Of a DNA stretch of 64,000 bases, positions 30,577-43,351 are shown piece by piece. The stretch's first letter is position 1; each line of letters begins with the position of its first letter. The stretch lies in contig OZ024761.1 in the NCBI GenBank assembly GCA_964016885.1, positions 13,082,001 to 13,146,000 of the forward strand, given 5' to 3'. The stretch comes from Eledone cirrhosa. Lineage: Eukaryota. Position numbers and translations under genes: made by a program. Under the pieces are notes generated by a model, which worked only from the letters and a program-made list of their open reading frames with translations, searched no databases and was not told the DNA's origin.

Positions 30577-33500
30577 TTTTATTTGCCGTATATACACACA
30601 CATTATTGAGACACAAAAGTAAGTTGCCATGTCTTTTAAAGAAACAAAACTAAATATATACACGCAGCTACCTCTTCTAACTAAACATACATGTTACCCT
30701 CCTCTATTATGAAACAAAACTAAGTATGATCTGTATATATACACACCTCTTCTAACATGTTACAACTAAATCTTCTCTCGATACTATATACATACTTGTA
30801 AGGAAATATAACCAAGCTTCCTCTCTATACACATTTTATCTTCTGTATATAAACTTTATACCTGAATACACACACAGATATTCTATATACAAGAAGACAC
30901 TTTTTCACGTAAATACACAAACACTTCAGGCATATTTATGTATTAGCCGTAAATTTATTCTAAACCATGTAGAGGAAGAATCCTGGGGACATATGTACAC
31001 ATGAAGCTATATTCATATATAAACGGTCTCCCTTCTATCATAACAGATACTTATGAGGCGCAATATACAAACTTGTTCATACTGGAATAAGACATGAAAC
31101 TAAACCTTCTCTAGACATATAAATATAGAAGCTAAACCATAGTTATATCTAACGAAGCATGGTAGCTCCATTACTTTGCCGTAAGACTCCTTACTACTAC
31201 TTTTTAGCATCCGCACCTGCTTGATAGCTACATCACCCATATATAAACGTTCTTCACTAGATACAAAACTAAACCTTTATATATACACAACTAACCTATT
31301 TTATATTCCTAAGGAACAGCACCAGACCTGGAGACTACTACAACCCTATCTCAAGAAGAAAGGTAAATAAATTGTGAAATAAAAGAATAAACCAGTATTT
31401 TCCTTTGTTGCCTTATTATTTACTCCCTGTATATATACACACACTAGACACCTCTTACACTGTAGGAAGACAAAAATCTTCTGTCACTGTATACTAGATT
31501 CATATTATATAAATTATTTCCTAGATACACACCTATTAGAAACAAGCCATCTCTATATACAGGTAAATAACATCAATGTAGACATGTCTGTATATAAGAA
31601 ACTGTATTCTATAGAATATATCTAAACCCACATTGTGTGTCTCTTTATATTATACACGTGTATGTAGAAACCTGGAAGTGAACATCATACATATAAGATA
31701 AGAGGTTTTGATCTGTACATACATATCAATACATTCTCGCTAGATACTACACATACGTCTCTTAGGAAACTACTACTATTGTTCTTCTAGTTGTGTATAA
31801 GGATCTCACAGTAGAACGTGTACATGCTTCCTAAGAAGTAAGAGAGCTAACTGTATAAATACAAAGAAATTTAGTGTTCTTTACATACACACATATATAG
31901 AAAAACTGTATTCAATATGACACACAAAGCTTACTTCATGTCTATAATATACTTTCTTCTCTATATTGGAAGAAGTACCTCCATTATATATTGAAGTTGT
32001 GTTCAATAGAGTACAGTATGTAGAACCATATGTACGCAGTTACCCTTTTCTTTCTAGGCAGGCATACTCACCATATAAACACTTTTGTGTATATAAAGCA
32101 TATCTTCATTGTAAATTTAGAAGTTACACTACACAGATATAAAGACAACAACCTACATACATATTAGTACCCTTATATCTCTACACTACTGTATTATATA
32201 AATATAGCTAAGGAATTAAAGATGTATGTATATACATACGTATATATATACATATGCATGTATATATATACATACGTATATATATACATACACATCTATG
32301 TATATATACATACACATGTAGGTATATATATATAAATACATATGTATGTTTATATATATATATACATACATTTGTATATATACATATATACGTACGTATG
32401 TATGTATATATACGTACGTACGTATATATACATACGTACGTATGTATGTACATACATATGTATATATAAATACATACAGATGTATGTATTTATATATACA
32501 TATATATGTATGTATACATACATATGTATGTATACATATATACATACGGATGTATATATAAATACATATGTATACACACATACGTATGTATATATACACA
32601 TGTATGTATACATACGTATGTATATATACATACGTATATATACATGCATGCGTATGTATATATACATACATACGTATATATATACATACGTATGTATGTA
32701 TACATACATACGAATGTATACATACATACGTATGTATACATACATACGTATGTATATATACATATGTGTGTATGTATACATACATGTATACACACATACG
32801 TATGTATATATATACATACGTATGTACACATACACATGTATGTATACATGCGTATGTATATATGCATATATAAATACATATGTATGTATATACACATACG
32901 TATGTATATATACATACATGTATATATACACATACGTATGTATATATACATACGTATGTATATATATACATACATATGTATGTACACATACGTATGTATA
33001 CATACATATGTATGTATACATACACATGTATGTATACATACACATGTATACATACATGTGTATGTATACATACACATGTATGTATACATGCGTATGTATA
33101 TATACATACACATGTATGCATATATACAAACGTATGTATATATATACATACATACGTATGTATATATAAATACATACATATGTGTATATACATATGTATG
33201 TATATATACATATGTATGTATATATACATATGTATGTATATACGTATGTATATATACATACGTATGTCTATATAGATATACATACGTATGTATCTATATA
33301 AACATACATGTATATATACATACGCATGTATACATACATATGCATGTACACATACGTATGTATACATACACATGTATGTATATATACGTATGTATATATG
33401 CATATATACATACGTATGTATATATATACACGTATGTATATATGCATACATACGTATGCATATATAAATATATACATATGTATGTATTTATATATACATA

Positions 33501-35773
33501 CGTATGTAAATATACATATGTATGTATATACACATACGTATGTATATATACATACGTATGTCTATATAGATATATAGACATACGTATGTATCTATATATA
33601 CATACATATGTATGTATACATACATACGTATGTATATATACATACACATGTATGTATATATATATACATACGTATGTATATATACAAACGTATGCATATA
33701 TACAAACGTATGTATACATACATACGTATGTATATATACATACATATGTATGTTTATATAAATATAGCTAAGGAGTTGAACTTTTTTATCTTGATAGAGA
33801 CAAGTATGTGTATTCTATAGGATACTATTACCTTAAAACCATGTGTGTATATACACTTACTTCTATAGAATCCATACATATTAACACCCTTCTATCTCTA
33901 GGCATATGTATACATACAGAAAGAAATGGCCTCACTAGAATACTGCATTATATACATTACTTTCATGAAAGATGTTTCGAACTGAATTCATACTTCTATT
34001 CCTATATACATACTGGGAGAGATATAGAATACAAATCTATTCTATATACAGAAGGAAATAAACTTACTAGAATACTGTATATATACACATTATAAATGTT
34101 TATAATATGAAACTTCTTTATTAATACCTCTATACCTACTGGTGGGTATGAGAGAGATATAGATTATCATCATAACCCTGTATATATAGATATTATAACC
34201 TCTTACAGGAGATATAGAATACCTATATACACAGAAAGAAATAAACTTGCTAGGATTACTGTATTATATATATATACAGTTTCCATTCTCAAAGAAACTT
34301 TTCTATAGCACCACACTTACTTCTTTCAGTAAGAAGGGTGTTTCTTACTGGGATTCTATAGTGTACATACACATTAATTAATCTATTCTATATATACACT
34401 TCTTTCAAGAAGGATGTTTCTCACTAATTACATAATTGAATTCTCTCGCATGTTAATACCTTTTTATCTCTAGGCATGTGTTTAACAATCCACTAGTTAT
34501 ATATACACAGCTGTTAATTCCTATATATTTAATGTGAAAGAAAGTTAAACGATCTACATGTAAGATACTACCTGTGTATATATATAAGAAACGAAAATGT
34601 GAAATAAAGATCAATAAATAAACTACATTTTGTTGTTGGAGTTATTTTATTTCTTGAGACGACTGTGTGTATTTACACACTAAGTTGAGCTGGCGGAGAT
34701 CTTCAACATACCTGGAAAGAAGCAGAGGGTATTAATAAAAACAATCCAGATTACACAGCTCTAACATCAATACTTTTCTAGAGGCAGAAATTAAACCTCT
34801 TTATCATGAACAGTTTAGTTTCTTAGGAGAGTGGGTATAGGGCTGTGAAATACAGTTTCTTATATGCCTCTGGATAAGGTATTACTGTATATATGGGTTT
34901 TTTTTTTATTATAGAGAAGGATAGTAAATATAAGCCTTCTAGATGTTCAAGAGGAGTCTCTACATACAAAAAGTAGATTCTTTGCTGTGTACACACAATA
35001 TCTAGTAGTAAGTTTCTATATATATAGAAGTGTATTATATACACACATGTGTACAATATTTATATAACAAGGCAGTGTATTCTATAAAAAACTGTATGTA
35101 TGGGGAGTTTTTTTCCTCTATTGAGAAGGATAGTGAATATAATGTCTTCTACATACAAAAAAATAGATGCCTTGATAAAATATCCAGAGTTTTATGTAAG
35201 TATCCTCGGGAAAAGTAGTAGAGATGAGGGTTTTAACTTTGCCTTGTGTGTATGTAGATGCTGCATATATACGATACTTCGAAGTAAGTGTGTTTATGTA
35301 TAGAGAGAGGGTCTGTATTCTATATACTACAGTTTCTGATATAGCTCCGGATACTGTGTATAATGAGGAGATATATCTTTCTTCTAAGTAAGTATATACA
35401 GAGAAGGTGTAATAGAGATACGATTATAATATAAATATATAGTTGATATGATGTGTGCAAGAGAGAATGCTGAGGTGGTGATGCCGAGGTAACTCGACGT
35501 AGAAATTACGATGGTATAGTATAGAGGAAAGTAACATGTATGTTTAGTTAGAAGAGGTAGCTGCGTGTATATATTATTTATTTTGTTTTGTTTCTCGGAA
35601 GGAGGTTTAGTTCTGTGAAGAGTGTTTAGAATAAATTTAAAAGACATGGCAACTAAGACACTACAAGAATGTATTTATATTGAAGAATTAAATGTATGTA
35701 TATTTCCAAGATAGTGAAATGTATTTTTGTGTCTCAATAATATTCGTGAGTGTGAATAAAACTTTACATACCT

Positions 35774-37209
35774 CTTTACACGAACATAAAATCCAAACAG
35801 ATATCGTTAATAGTCCCAGAGTAAATAGAATGATGTTACAGCTTCCATACACTGAAGAGAAATGTCAACAAAGTAAGAAGAGTTCCACAAACCGGAAGTA
35901 GTTCAATGTCAACAAAGGGCAGATAATTCCAATTAAGGGGAGATAACTCTCGTCAAATTGTTTGGCAAAAACTCATGCGAGGGGGAGAGCAGGCCAGCAT
36001 AAAGCCAGCCTGCTGTGGTCCCGGCCGACCCCCGCAACAATTCGAACTTCAAACACATAGAATGGTCATGCCATACCGAAGTACGACAGCGAAGCCAGAA
36101 ACGCTACGTGCAGCGCCACGCACAAGCCGCAATTCTACAGAGTCAAATAGGCATACTTATAGCTAACATTTTCCTTCTTTTTAAAAAAAAAAAGAAACGG
36201 AAAGAAAGCGAGATAACACGACATATTCCGAGTGTTATCTCGCTTTCTTTCTATATAAATATAACGGGATATATAGCCATTAAGGAACTGCTAGTGTTTT
36301 GTACATATATAACGGGATATACACGAATAGAAGCCAGGGAATATGTAGTCAGGGGTTGACTTATATAGGGAGTCAATATTTTGTAGCAAGGACCATTTTC
36401 GCCAACTTCAAATTCTACGTAAATAAGGTTCGCATTTTTGCCCACTTCTCAGACATAAGATAGGGAGGAGGGTCACCTTATATTCGAGTATTTTGTACAT
36501 CTATTCTTGTTAGACTAGACCGGCATCATCATGGGTAGAGCCGACCAGGTGCTACTGCGTTGAACGAGAGTAAGGCTGTGATGGTCCTCAGGGCACTGCT
36601 GTCAATCGTCTTTGTGAGGGGCCACGTTTCTGCTCCATAGAGGAGAAGACTGATGCATCTTTTCAGAACAATTAATATGTAGGTAACATAGCCTTAGAGA
36701 GATCTGTATTTGTAATAGTTAGTATCGATTTGGGTAATCTTAAGACCATGATTCCAATCATCAATATATGTATTGATTAAACCTAAATATAGTATATAAA
36801 GAAGTGGATTTTAAAGTATGCAATGATAGTGTCGAGAGAAGGCTTAGTTAGTTACTTCTAACAATGTACCACTATGAATAAGACAGAAGGCGGTGTATAT
36901 AGATAGAATGTTTAGTTTTCCTGAGTATGAAGGGGTTTTAGTTATTATTCTTAGTAAAAAGACGGTTATATTATACATATACGTCTCTAACATTCCTCCA
37001 GTATATGAAGGGTAGTGAAATATATTCTTGTGTCTCAGGAATAACTACGTGTTTATCGATGAATTTAAGGGACAACTAAAACATTACATACCTCTTTAGA
37101 AGAATGAAGGTGTATATATAAATGTAGCTTTATATGTGTATATTGATCTAGATAGGAAACGTTTCTTCCAGTGTATGGATTATAGAGGTGAATGCATACA
37201 CTAAAGAAT
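35774..37209 (-). repeat. Right arm of 1,436-bp inverted duplication
   Basis: Mirror ORFs in the track (29905..30099+ / 36251..36445-; 30184..30375- / 35975..36166+) confirm the inversion. Confidence 0.92.
35967..36144 (-). ncRNA. Putative structured ncRNA, copy 3 (intact)
   Basis: Reverse complement of copy 2 with intact TGTCGTAC-TTCG-GTATGGCA hairpin, extra GGTC-GGCCGG-GACC hairpin, GCAGGCTGGC-TTTAT-GCTGGCCTGC hairpin, TATA-like box and T5 end. Confidence 0.5.
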
Positions 37210-37810
37210 ATGTGTGTGTGTGTGTGTGTGTATGTTTGATGTAAATGTGGGGTTTCGATACCTGCCAGAGCTTATGAATGACAAAAATAATTTTTTTTTT
37301 GTTTTTTAAATAATGGCATTTATTGTATGTGGTTCTTTATTAAATATATTAAATTTGCACAGTAGAATTATGACCGCCTAAAGGCGTTTGCTATCGTAGG
37401 TAGTGGTTGTGTATTTAGGTAGTGAAGGTTCGAGTGGAGGGGGAACTAGAAATGTGGCGCAGAGGGTACAAAACATTATTTTAATTTTAAAATAAAATTA
37501 TTTTACACAAGGTAGATTGAAACCCTACCTTCAATTTATACATACCTAAACTCTGCACAGATACACCACAACTACCCACACGGCCACCTACAGATCGACA
37601 AAAGTGAACTGAAAATTAACACTCTTAAAGCTATTTTATTATTTGACTGAAAATAGGTTTATATATATAAATATTGACCAAAGAATTGTCTCAGTCTTTG
37701 TAGTCCAGTGGTAAGACATAGAGCTAGGGAATGCCGGGGTTGGCTTTCGAATCAACTTATAATTTCATTTCTTCTTTTTATTCTCAGGCCGTAGAGGAAC
37801 TTACTTCATT
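37210..37810 (+). repeat. Near-identical partial copy of unit C (21365-21975)
   Basis: Long identical stretches, e.g. gtagaattatgaccgcctaaaggcgtttg...cagatcgacaaa. Starts exactly where the inverted arm ends. Confidence 0.88.
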
Positions 37811-37870
37811 AACCTAATATATCCCTTCCATATACTGTACCGATTGTGTTGTTATTTCTGTTTACCTTTT

Positions 37871-37904
<34 letters not shown>

Positions 37905-38364
37905 GCCATAAATAATAATAATAATAATAATAAAACACACCCACTGTTTGGTTTGGATTGTGTGATGAAAGAATTTTGATAGACTATATATATATTTATA
38001 TTTATATCTGTATTTTTAACCGTTGGTCAATCAATGATAAACATTGATTGACAGATAAATTAACTATGGAGATATAAAAGATACAGAAGCAAAAACCAAT
38101 CCAAATCAAACACTGAGTGTGTTTTATTATTATTTCTGGCAGTGGATTGGCAGTATCGGTAGAAGGTCGGACGCCATGCTTTCCAGCATAGTTACGTCCC
38201 TTTACGATCTGAGTTCAAATCCCGCCGAGGTTGACTTTGCCTTTCATCCTTACGGGGTCGATAAAATAAAGTACCAGTAATGCACTGGATATTTGCTGGC
38301 CTTGTGCCTAAAGTAGAAACAATTATTATTTCTGGCAATATTATAACAATATGATCCTCCCTAA

Positions 38365-38729
38365 ATATAACAATATATATACGTCTTTATTATTAATCTT
38401 TTATTCTTTTTAATGAGAGAAAATATGAATAAGTCAAGTGGAAAGATATAACAACAGTATATAATAGTTTTCTCCATTTTATTCAAATATTTTTAGGAAA
38501 AAAATGATAGTAACAGAAATTTATTTAATATCATAACATGTAATATTACATAACATGAAATAGGATGTCGTTTCTGTTGTATATTCGTCATGTTCAGTGA
38601 ATGTCCTTTCCGGCCATAATTATGTCGTCGATGTAGGTCAACAGGTTAAAATTAACTTCATTATCATAGTTGTTGTTATATACATTTCAGTGATACCTGT
38701 TGTACAACAGCTATGACTTCATTAGACAG
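38365..38729 (-). other. Candidate non-coding terminal (3'UTR) exon of DHX36
   Basis: Strong minus-strand acceptor ttttctgttttttctgttcaatttttatag| at 38730, followed by several AATAAA (tttatt on + near 38386, 38400, 38478, 38520). Link to the post-stop donor is inferred, not shown. Confidence 0.35.
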
Positions 38730-39199
38730 CTATAAAAATTGAACAGAAAAAACAGAAAAACATAAAGATGAAATAAAGCTTACTTGTTGTTTTTATCCAT
38801 ATATATACACACACACACACATATATATACACATGACTATATATATTAGAGTGTTGTTGTTTGCTTGTAGTATTGTTGAATAGGAAATATAAATTTAAAT
38901 AATTTTAAAAGCCATACAATGCATTAGAAAATTAAAGGTGCTAAGATAACGATAAAACTTTACCTTAGCAAATTTAATAATCCTAAATATTTGGGGGTTT
39001 AAAAATTCATTATCAGGGGAGTATCTCTGTGAAGGTCTTAAAGAGTGGGTCGGAGATGAGTTTTTAGGAAGGTAGATTTAACTGTGAGCAAATCACAGTC
39101 CCTGCATTGATCTCTCACAAAGGGACAGCCTGTCCTACCCATGCTAGCGTGGAAGATGATTGTTAAATGATGATGCTGATGATTATATATCTATCTACC

Positions 39200-40005
39200 T
39201 ATCAGTCTGTTCGGTAGGACCTTCCGCCCGAGACCGATGGACAACTTCCAAAAGTCCCTGGCCTGGCAGTGCTACCAAGGAGCTCTACCAGTTCGAGACA
39301 AGCTCTATAGACATGGGCGCCCGGGCAGGGACCCTGCAAAAAAGATCTGTCCGAGGAGCGTGAAAGACGAAGAAACCGTCGCGCACGCATTCATACACTG
39401 CCCGGGCGTCACCGACCTGTGGGGCTATGTAGAACGACTTTTGTCGCGGGTGGGACCAATCCGGTTGACCACCGAGTCCATTGTCATGATCAAACCGCCA
39501 CCCTCCTTCAAAAACGAAGGAGAGGCGGTTTTCCTATGTGTGATAGCTATGGCGAAAGAGGTTGTATGGTGGACGAGGTTAAAAGGGCTGAGGTCAGACA
39601 CCTTTCTCTCCGGCCAACAACTGATTCTTTTTTTCAAATACCACTTTGGAAGAAGAATCAGGATGGAGAGAGAGGTGCTGTACCCCAGCAAGTTTTATGA
39701 AAGGTGGGTGAAAGTGGCGAGAATGGCCCGAGTGAATGGGCCTTCTCTCTATATCAGCCTGTAGGTTGAGGAAAAAGAGGAGGAGAGGAAAGGAATACAA
39801 ACTCTTCGTAACTCCTGGAGATAAGGGTTGCACATTTTTTTGGGAGTATGTGTTACCCATATGTAATGTTTTCCCCCTATTGGGGAAAATCGACTAATTT
39901 TTTAAATTGCATTTGTGATAATATTTTACACGTTTTTATTGTATGTAAACTTCCCCCTTTGTATTTGTCCCTTTCTTTTGTGCCGCTGTGGCTAATAAAG
40001 AAATA
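39200..40005 (+). mobile_element. L1/Tx1-clade LINE 3' fragment with zinc-knuckle-like domain (related minus-strand pieces at 54875-55040, 60600-60640, 61110-61470)
   Basis: LAWQCYQGALPVRDKLYRHG...CPRS..EETVAHAFIHC (zf-RVT-like); ends at gctaataaaga. Confidence 0.75.
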
Positions 40006-41721
40006 TATCTATAACCAAATATACACCCCAACCCACTACCCCTACTCCATCCTCCCACTCCCACCAACACCACCCTTTCTCTATAAAGTTATGTTGGTAC
40101 CACAACATCCAGCCCAAACTAATGAGGTCGTGTAGGTGTCATGACAAAAAAACAGTCCACACTGTAATGTGGCCGTGTAGGAGACACGGTAAAAACCTCC
40201 CAGTCCACACTGTAAACGTGGTTGATGTTAGGAAGGGCATCCAGCCGTAGAAAACCTGCCAGACAGTCCTGTACGAGCGAGACACGGTTACCCGACCAAT
40301 CTTGCCTCAAATGGGACAATTCCCGTCTAACCCATGCTAGTGTGGAAGATGGACGTTAAACGATGATGATGATGATGACACATATATAAATATAAAGGAT
40401 AAAATGAAAAGAATAAAGATCCCATAACTCCTCGTAGAGTCATAGAAGCACCGCCACACAGCGTGTCTAGGGCTCTTTACACCTGGCGGTACCCAATCTT
40501 CTCTAGACCTGAACACAGTTGATATTTTTCTATAGAGGAAGATACAACCCAAGTACTGGACTGGTACTTTATTTATCGACCTCAAAAGGATGAAAAGCAA
40601 AGTTGACCACGGTGGGATTTGAGCTCAGATCGTGCAACGAGGTGGCGTGAATACCACAAAGCATTCTATCCGACATCTTAACGACTCGCTGCCACGTACA
40701 TATATACATACACACGCACACAAATATAGAACTAGTGTCAACTCACACACTGTCAGACAATAAGTCAATATTTACTTACAAGATAATATTGTTGCTTAGT
40801 TTTCTTCTAAAGTCACTTCATTTTCATAGCAACCATCTGTGTCGTTAGCAATGGTAGATTGGTCTGCTGCTGCTGGTGGTCAGATGTTTAACAGACACTA
40901 AATATACATATATAAAAATGTAAACATCAGGTTGACTTAACCCTTTACCATTTACACTACTCTATATATACTATTGTATTGTTGCAGTAAAACTTTTATA
41001 TCACATTATTTTGGCAGTATCGGTAGAGGGTCGGACGCCATGCTTTGACGCCATAGAGTTACGGCCTTTGCCATTCTGAGTTCAAATCCCGCCGAGGTTA
41101 ACTTTGCCTTTCATCCTTACGGGGTCGATAAAATAAAGTACCAGTAATGTACTGGGTAATTGCTGGCCTTGTGCCAATAGTAGAAACAATTATTATCTCA
41201 CATAATAACGAATCTACAAGATTCTGATATTATTTATGTTGAGAACAATACCTTAACATAAGTATGAGTAGACAGCCAGTTTGAACAGAAAGAGGTGAGA
41301 GAATTCTGGCCAGTTTAAATACTAAAGAGTTAAGAAGCATTTGGAAAATGTGAAATGTGGTCATCCATGTTTAAATAAATATTATATATTTTTTATTTTA
41401 CTATACTATATAATAAATAATTGTTTCTACTTTAGGCACAAGGCCAGCAATTACCCAGTGCATTACTGGTACTTTATTTTATCGACCCCGTAAGGATGAA
41501 AGGCAAAGTCAACCTCGGCGGGATTTGAACTCAGATCGTAAAGGGACGTAACTATGCTGGAAAGCATGGCGTTCGACTCTCTACCGATACTGCCAATCCA
41601 CATAATAAATAATATAATATATACTATGCTCCAAACACTAATTTAATAACAAGATAATTAGTTATATTACCAAATTCCACCAAATAATTGATTATTTTTT
41701 AAATGATTTGGAAAGGATAGG

Positions 41722-43052
41722 TAGTGTCTTTCATTAGAAATATGGTAATGAAAGGGTTAATGACATAGACAGTGTCTTTCATTAGAAATATGGTAATGAA
41801 AGGGTTAAGGACATAGGTAGTGTCTTTCATTAGAAATATGGTAATGAAAGGGTTAAGGACATAGGTAGTATCTTTCATTAGAAATATGGTAATGAAAGGG
41901 TTAATGACATAGGTAGTGTCTTTCATTAGAAATATGGTAATGAAAGGGTTAATGACATAGACAGTGTCTTTCATTAGAAATATGGTAATGAAAGGGTTAA
42001 TGACATAGGTAGTGTCTTTCATTAGAAATATGCTAATGAAAGGGTTAATGACATAGACAGTGTCTTTCATTAGAAATATGGTAATGAAAGGGTTAATGAC
42101 ATAGACAGTGTCTTTCATTAGAAATATGGTAATGAAAGGGTTAATGACATAGACAGTGTCTTTCATTAGAAATATGGTAATGAAAGGGTTAATGACATAG
42201 ACAGTGTCTTTCATTAGAAATATGGTAATGAAAGGGTTAATGACATAAACAGTGTCTTTCATTAGAAATATGGTAATGAAAGGGTTAATGACATAGGTAG
42301 TGTCTTTCATTAGAAATATGGTAATGAAAGGGTTAATGACATAGACTGTCTTTCATTAGAAATATTGTAATGAAAGGGTTAATGACATAGACAGTGTCTT
42401 TCATTAGAAATATGGTAATGAAAGGGTTAATGACATAGACAGTGTCTTACATTAGAAATATGGTAATGAAAGGGTTAATGACATAGACAGTGTCTTTCAT
42501 TAGAAATATGGTAATGAAAGGGTTAATGACATAGGTAGTGTCTTTCATTAGAAATATGATAATGAAAGGGTTAATGACATAGACAGTGTTTTTCATTAGA
42601 AATATGGTAATGAAAGGGTTAATGACATAGACAGTGTCTTTCATTAGATATATGGTAATGAAAGGGTTAATGACATAGACAGTGTCTTTCATTAGATATA
42701 TGGTAATGAAAGGGTTAATGACATAGACAGTGTCTTTCATTAGAAATATAGTAATGAAAGGGTTAAAGACATAGACTGTCTTTCATTAGAAATATGGTAA
42801 TGAAAGGGTTAATGACATAGACAGTGTCTTTCATTAGAAATATGGTAATGAAAGGGTTAATGACATAGACAGTGTCTTTCATTAGAAATATGGTAATGAA
42901 AGGGTTAATGACATAGAGAGTGTCTTTCATTAGAAATATGGTAATGAAAGGGTTAATGACATAGACAGTGTCTTTCATTAGAAATATGGTAATGGAAGGG
43001 TTAATGACATAGACAGTGTCTTTCATTAGAAATATGGTAATGAAAGGGTTAA
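41722..43052. repeat. 48-bp minisatellite, ~28 copies, in the DHX36 post-stop intron
   Basis: Unit agtgtctttcattagaaatatggtaatgaaagggttaatgacatagac. Confidence 0.95.
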
Positions 43053-43073
43053 ATATAAAAGTATTGACTTACC

Positions 43074-43220
43074 TCAAAAATATTCAGAGGGGCAAGGCTG
43101 TGCGATGAGATCAATAATAGCCTTCATTAAGGCTCCTTCTTTCTTATTCACACTCCACATCGTGGGGCCAGGGTTCCTGATTTTCTCTTCAAGCAATTGG
43201 TCCAGTTCTCTACGCAAATC
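43074..43220 (-). CDS. DHX36: DHX36 last coding exon with TGA stop
   Basis: tctgatcag|GATTTG...TTTTGA; DLRRELDQLLEEKIRNPGPTMWSVNKKEGALMKAIIDLIAQPCPSEYF*. G|gtaagt donor directly after the stop. Confidence 0.93.
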   Translation of the reverse strand, partial: DLRRELDQLLEEKIRNPGPTMWSVNKKEGALMKAIIDLIAQPCPSEYF

Positions 43221-43351
43221 CTGATCAGAAAAGGATATAATATATATATATGTGTATCGAGGTGCAAATAAATAGATACACACATATACATGTACACACA
43301 CACGCATATATATATGCACACATACACACAATGCACATATATCTATATATA

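Noticed and set aside
35975-36359. ORFs across the GC-rich element (MRGGEQASIK..., ...FKHIEWSCHTEVRQRS...)
   Set aside because: Short, start and length not conserved between copies, and substitutions follow base pairing rather than codon position.
41699-43052. CRISPR-like array, or a 16-aa repeat protein (MKDTVYVINPFITIFL)n
   Set aside because: Head-to-tail units with no unique spacers, eukaryotic context, no cas genes; the frame is broken by 2-bp deletions and stops.
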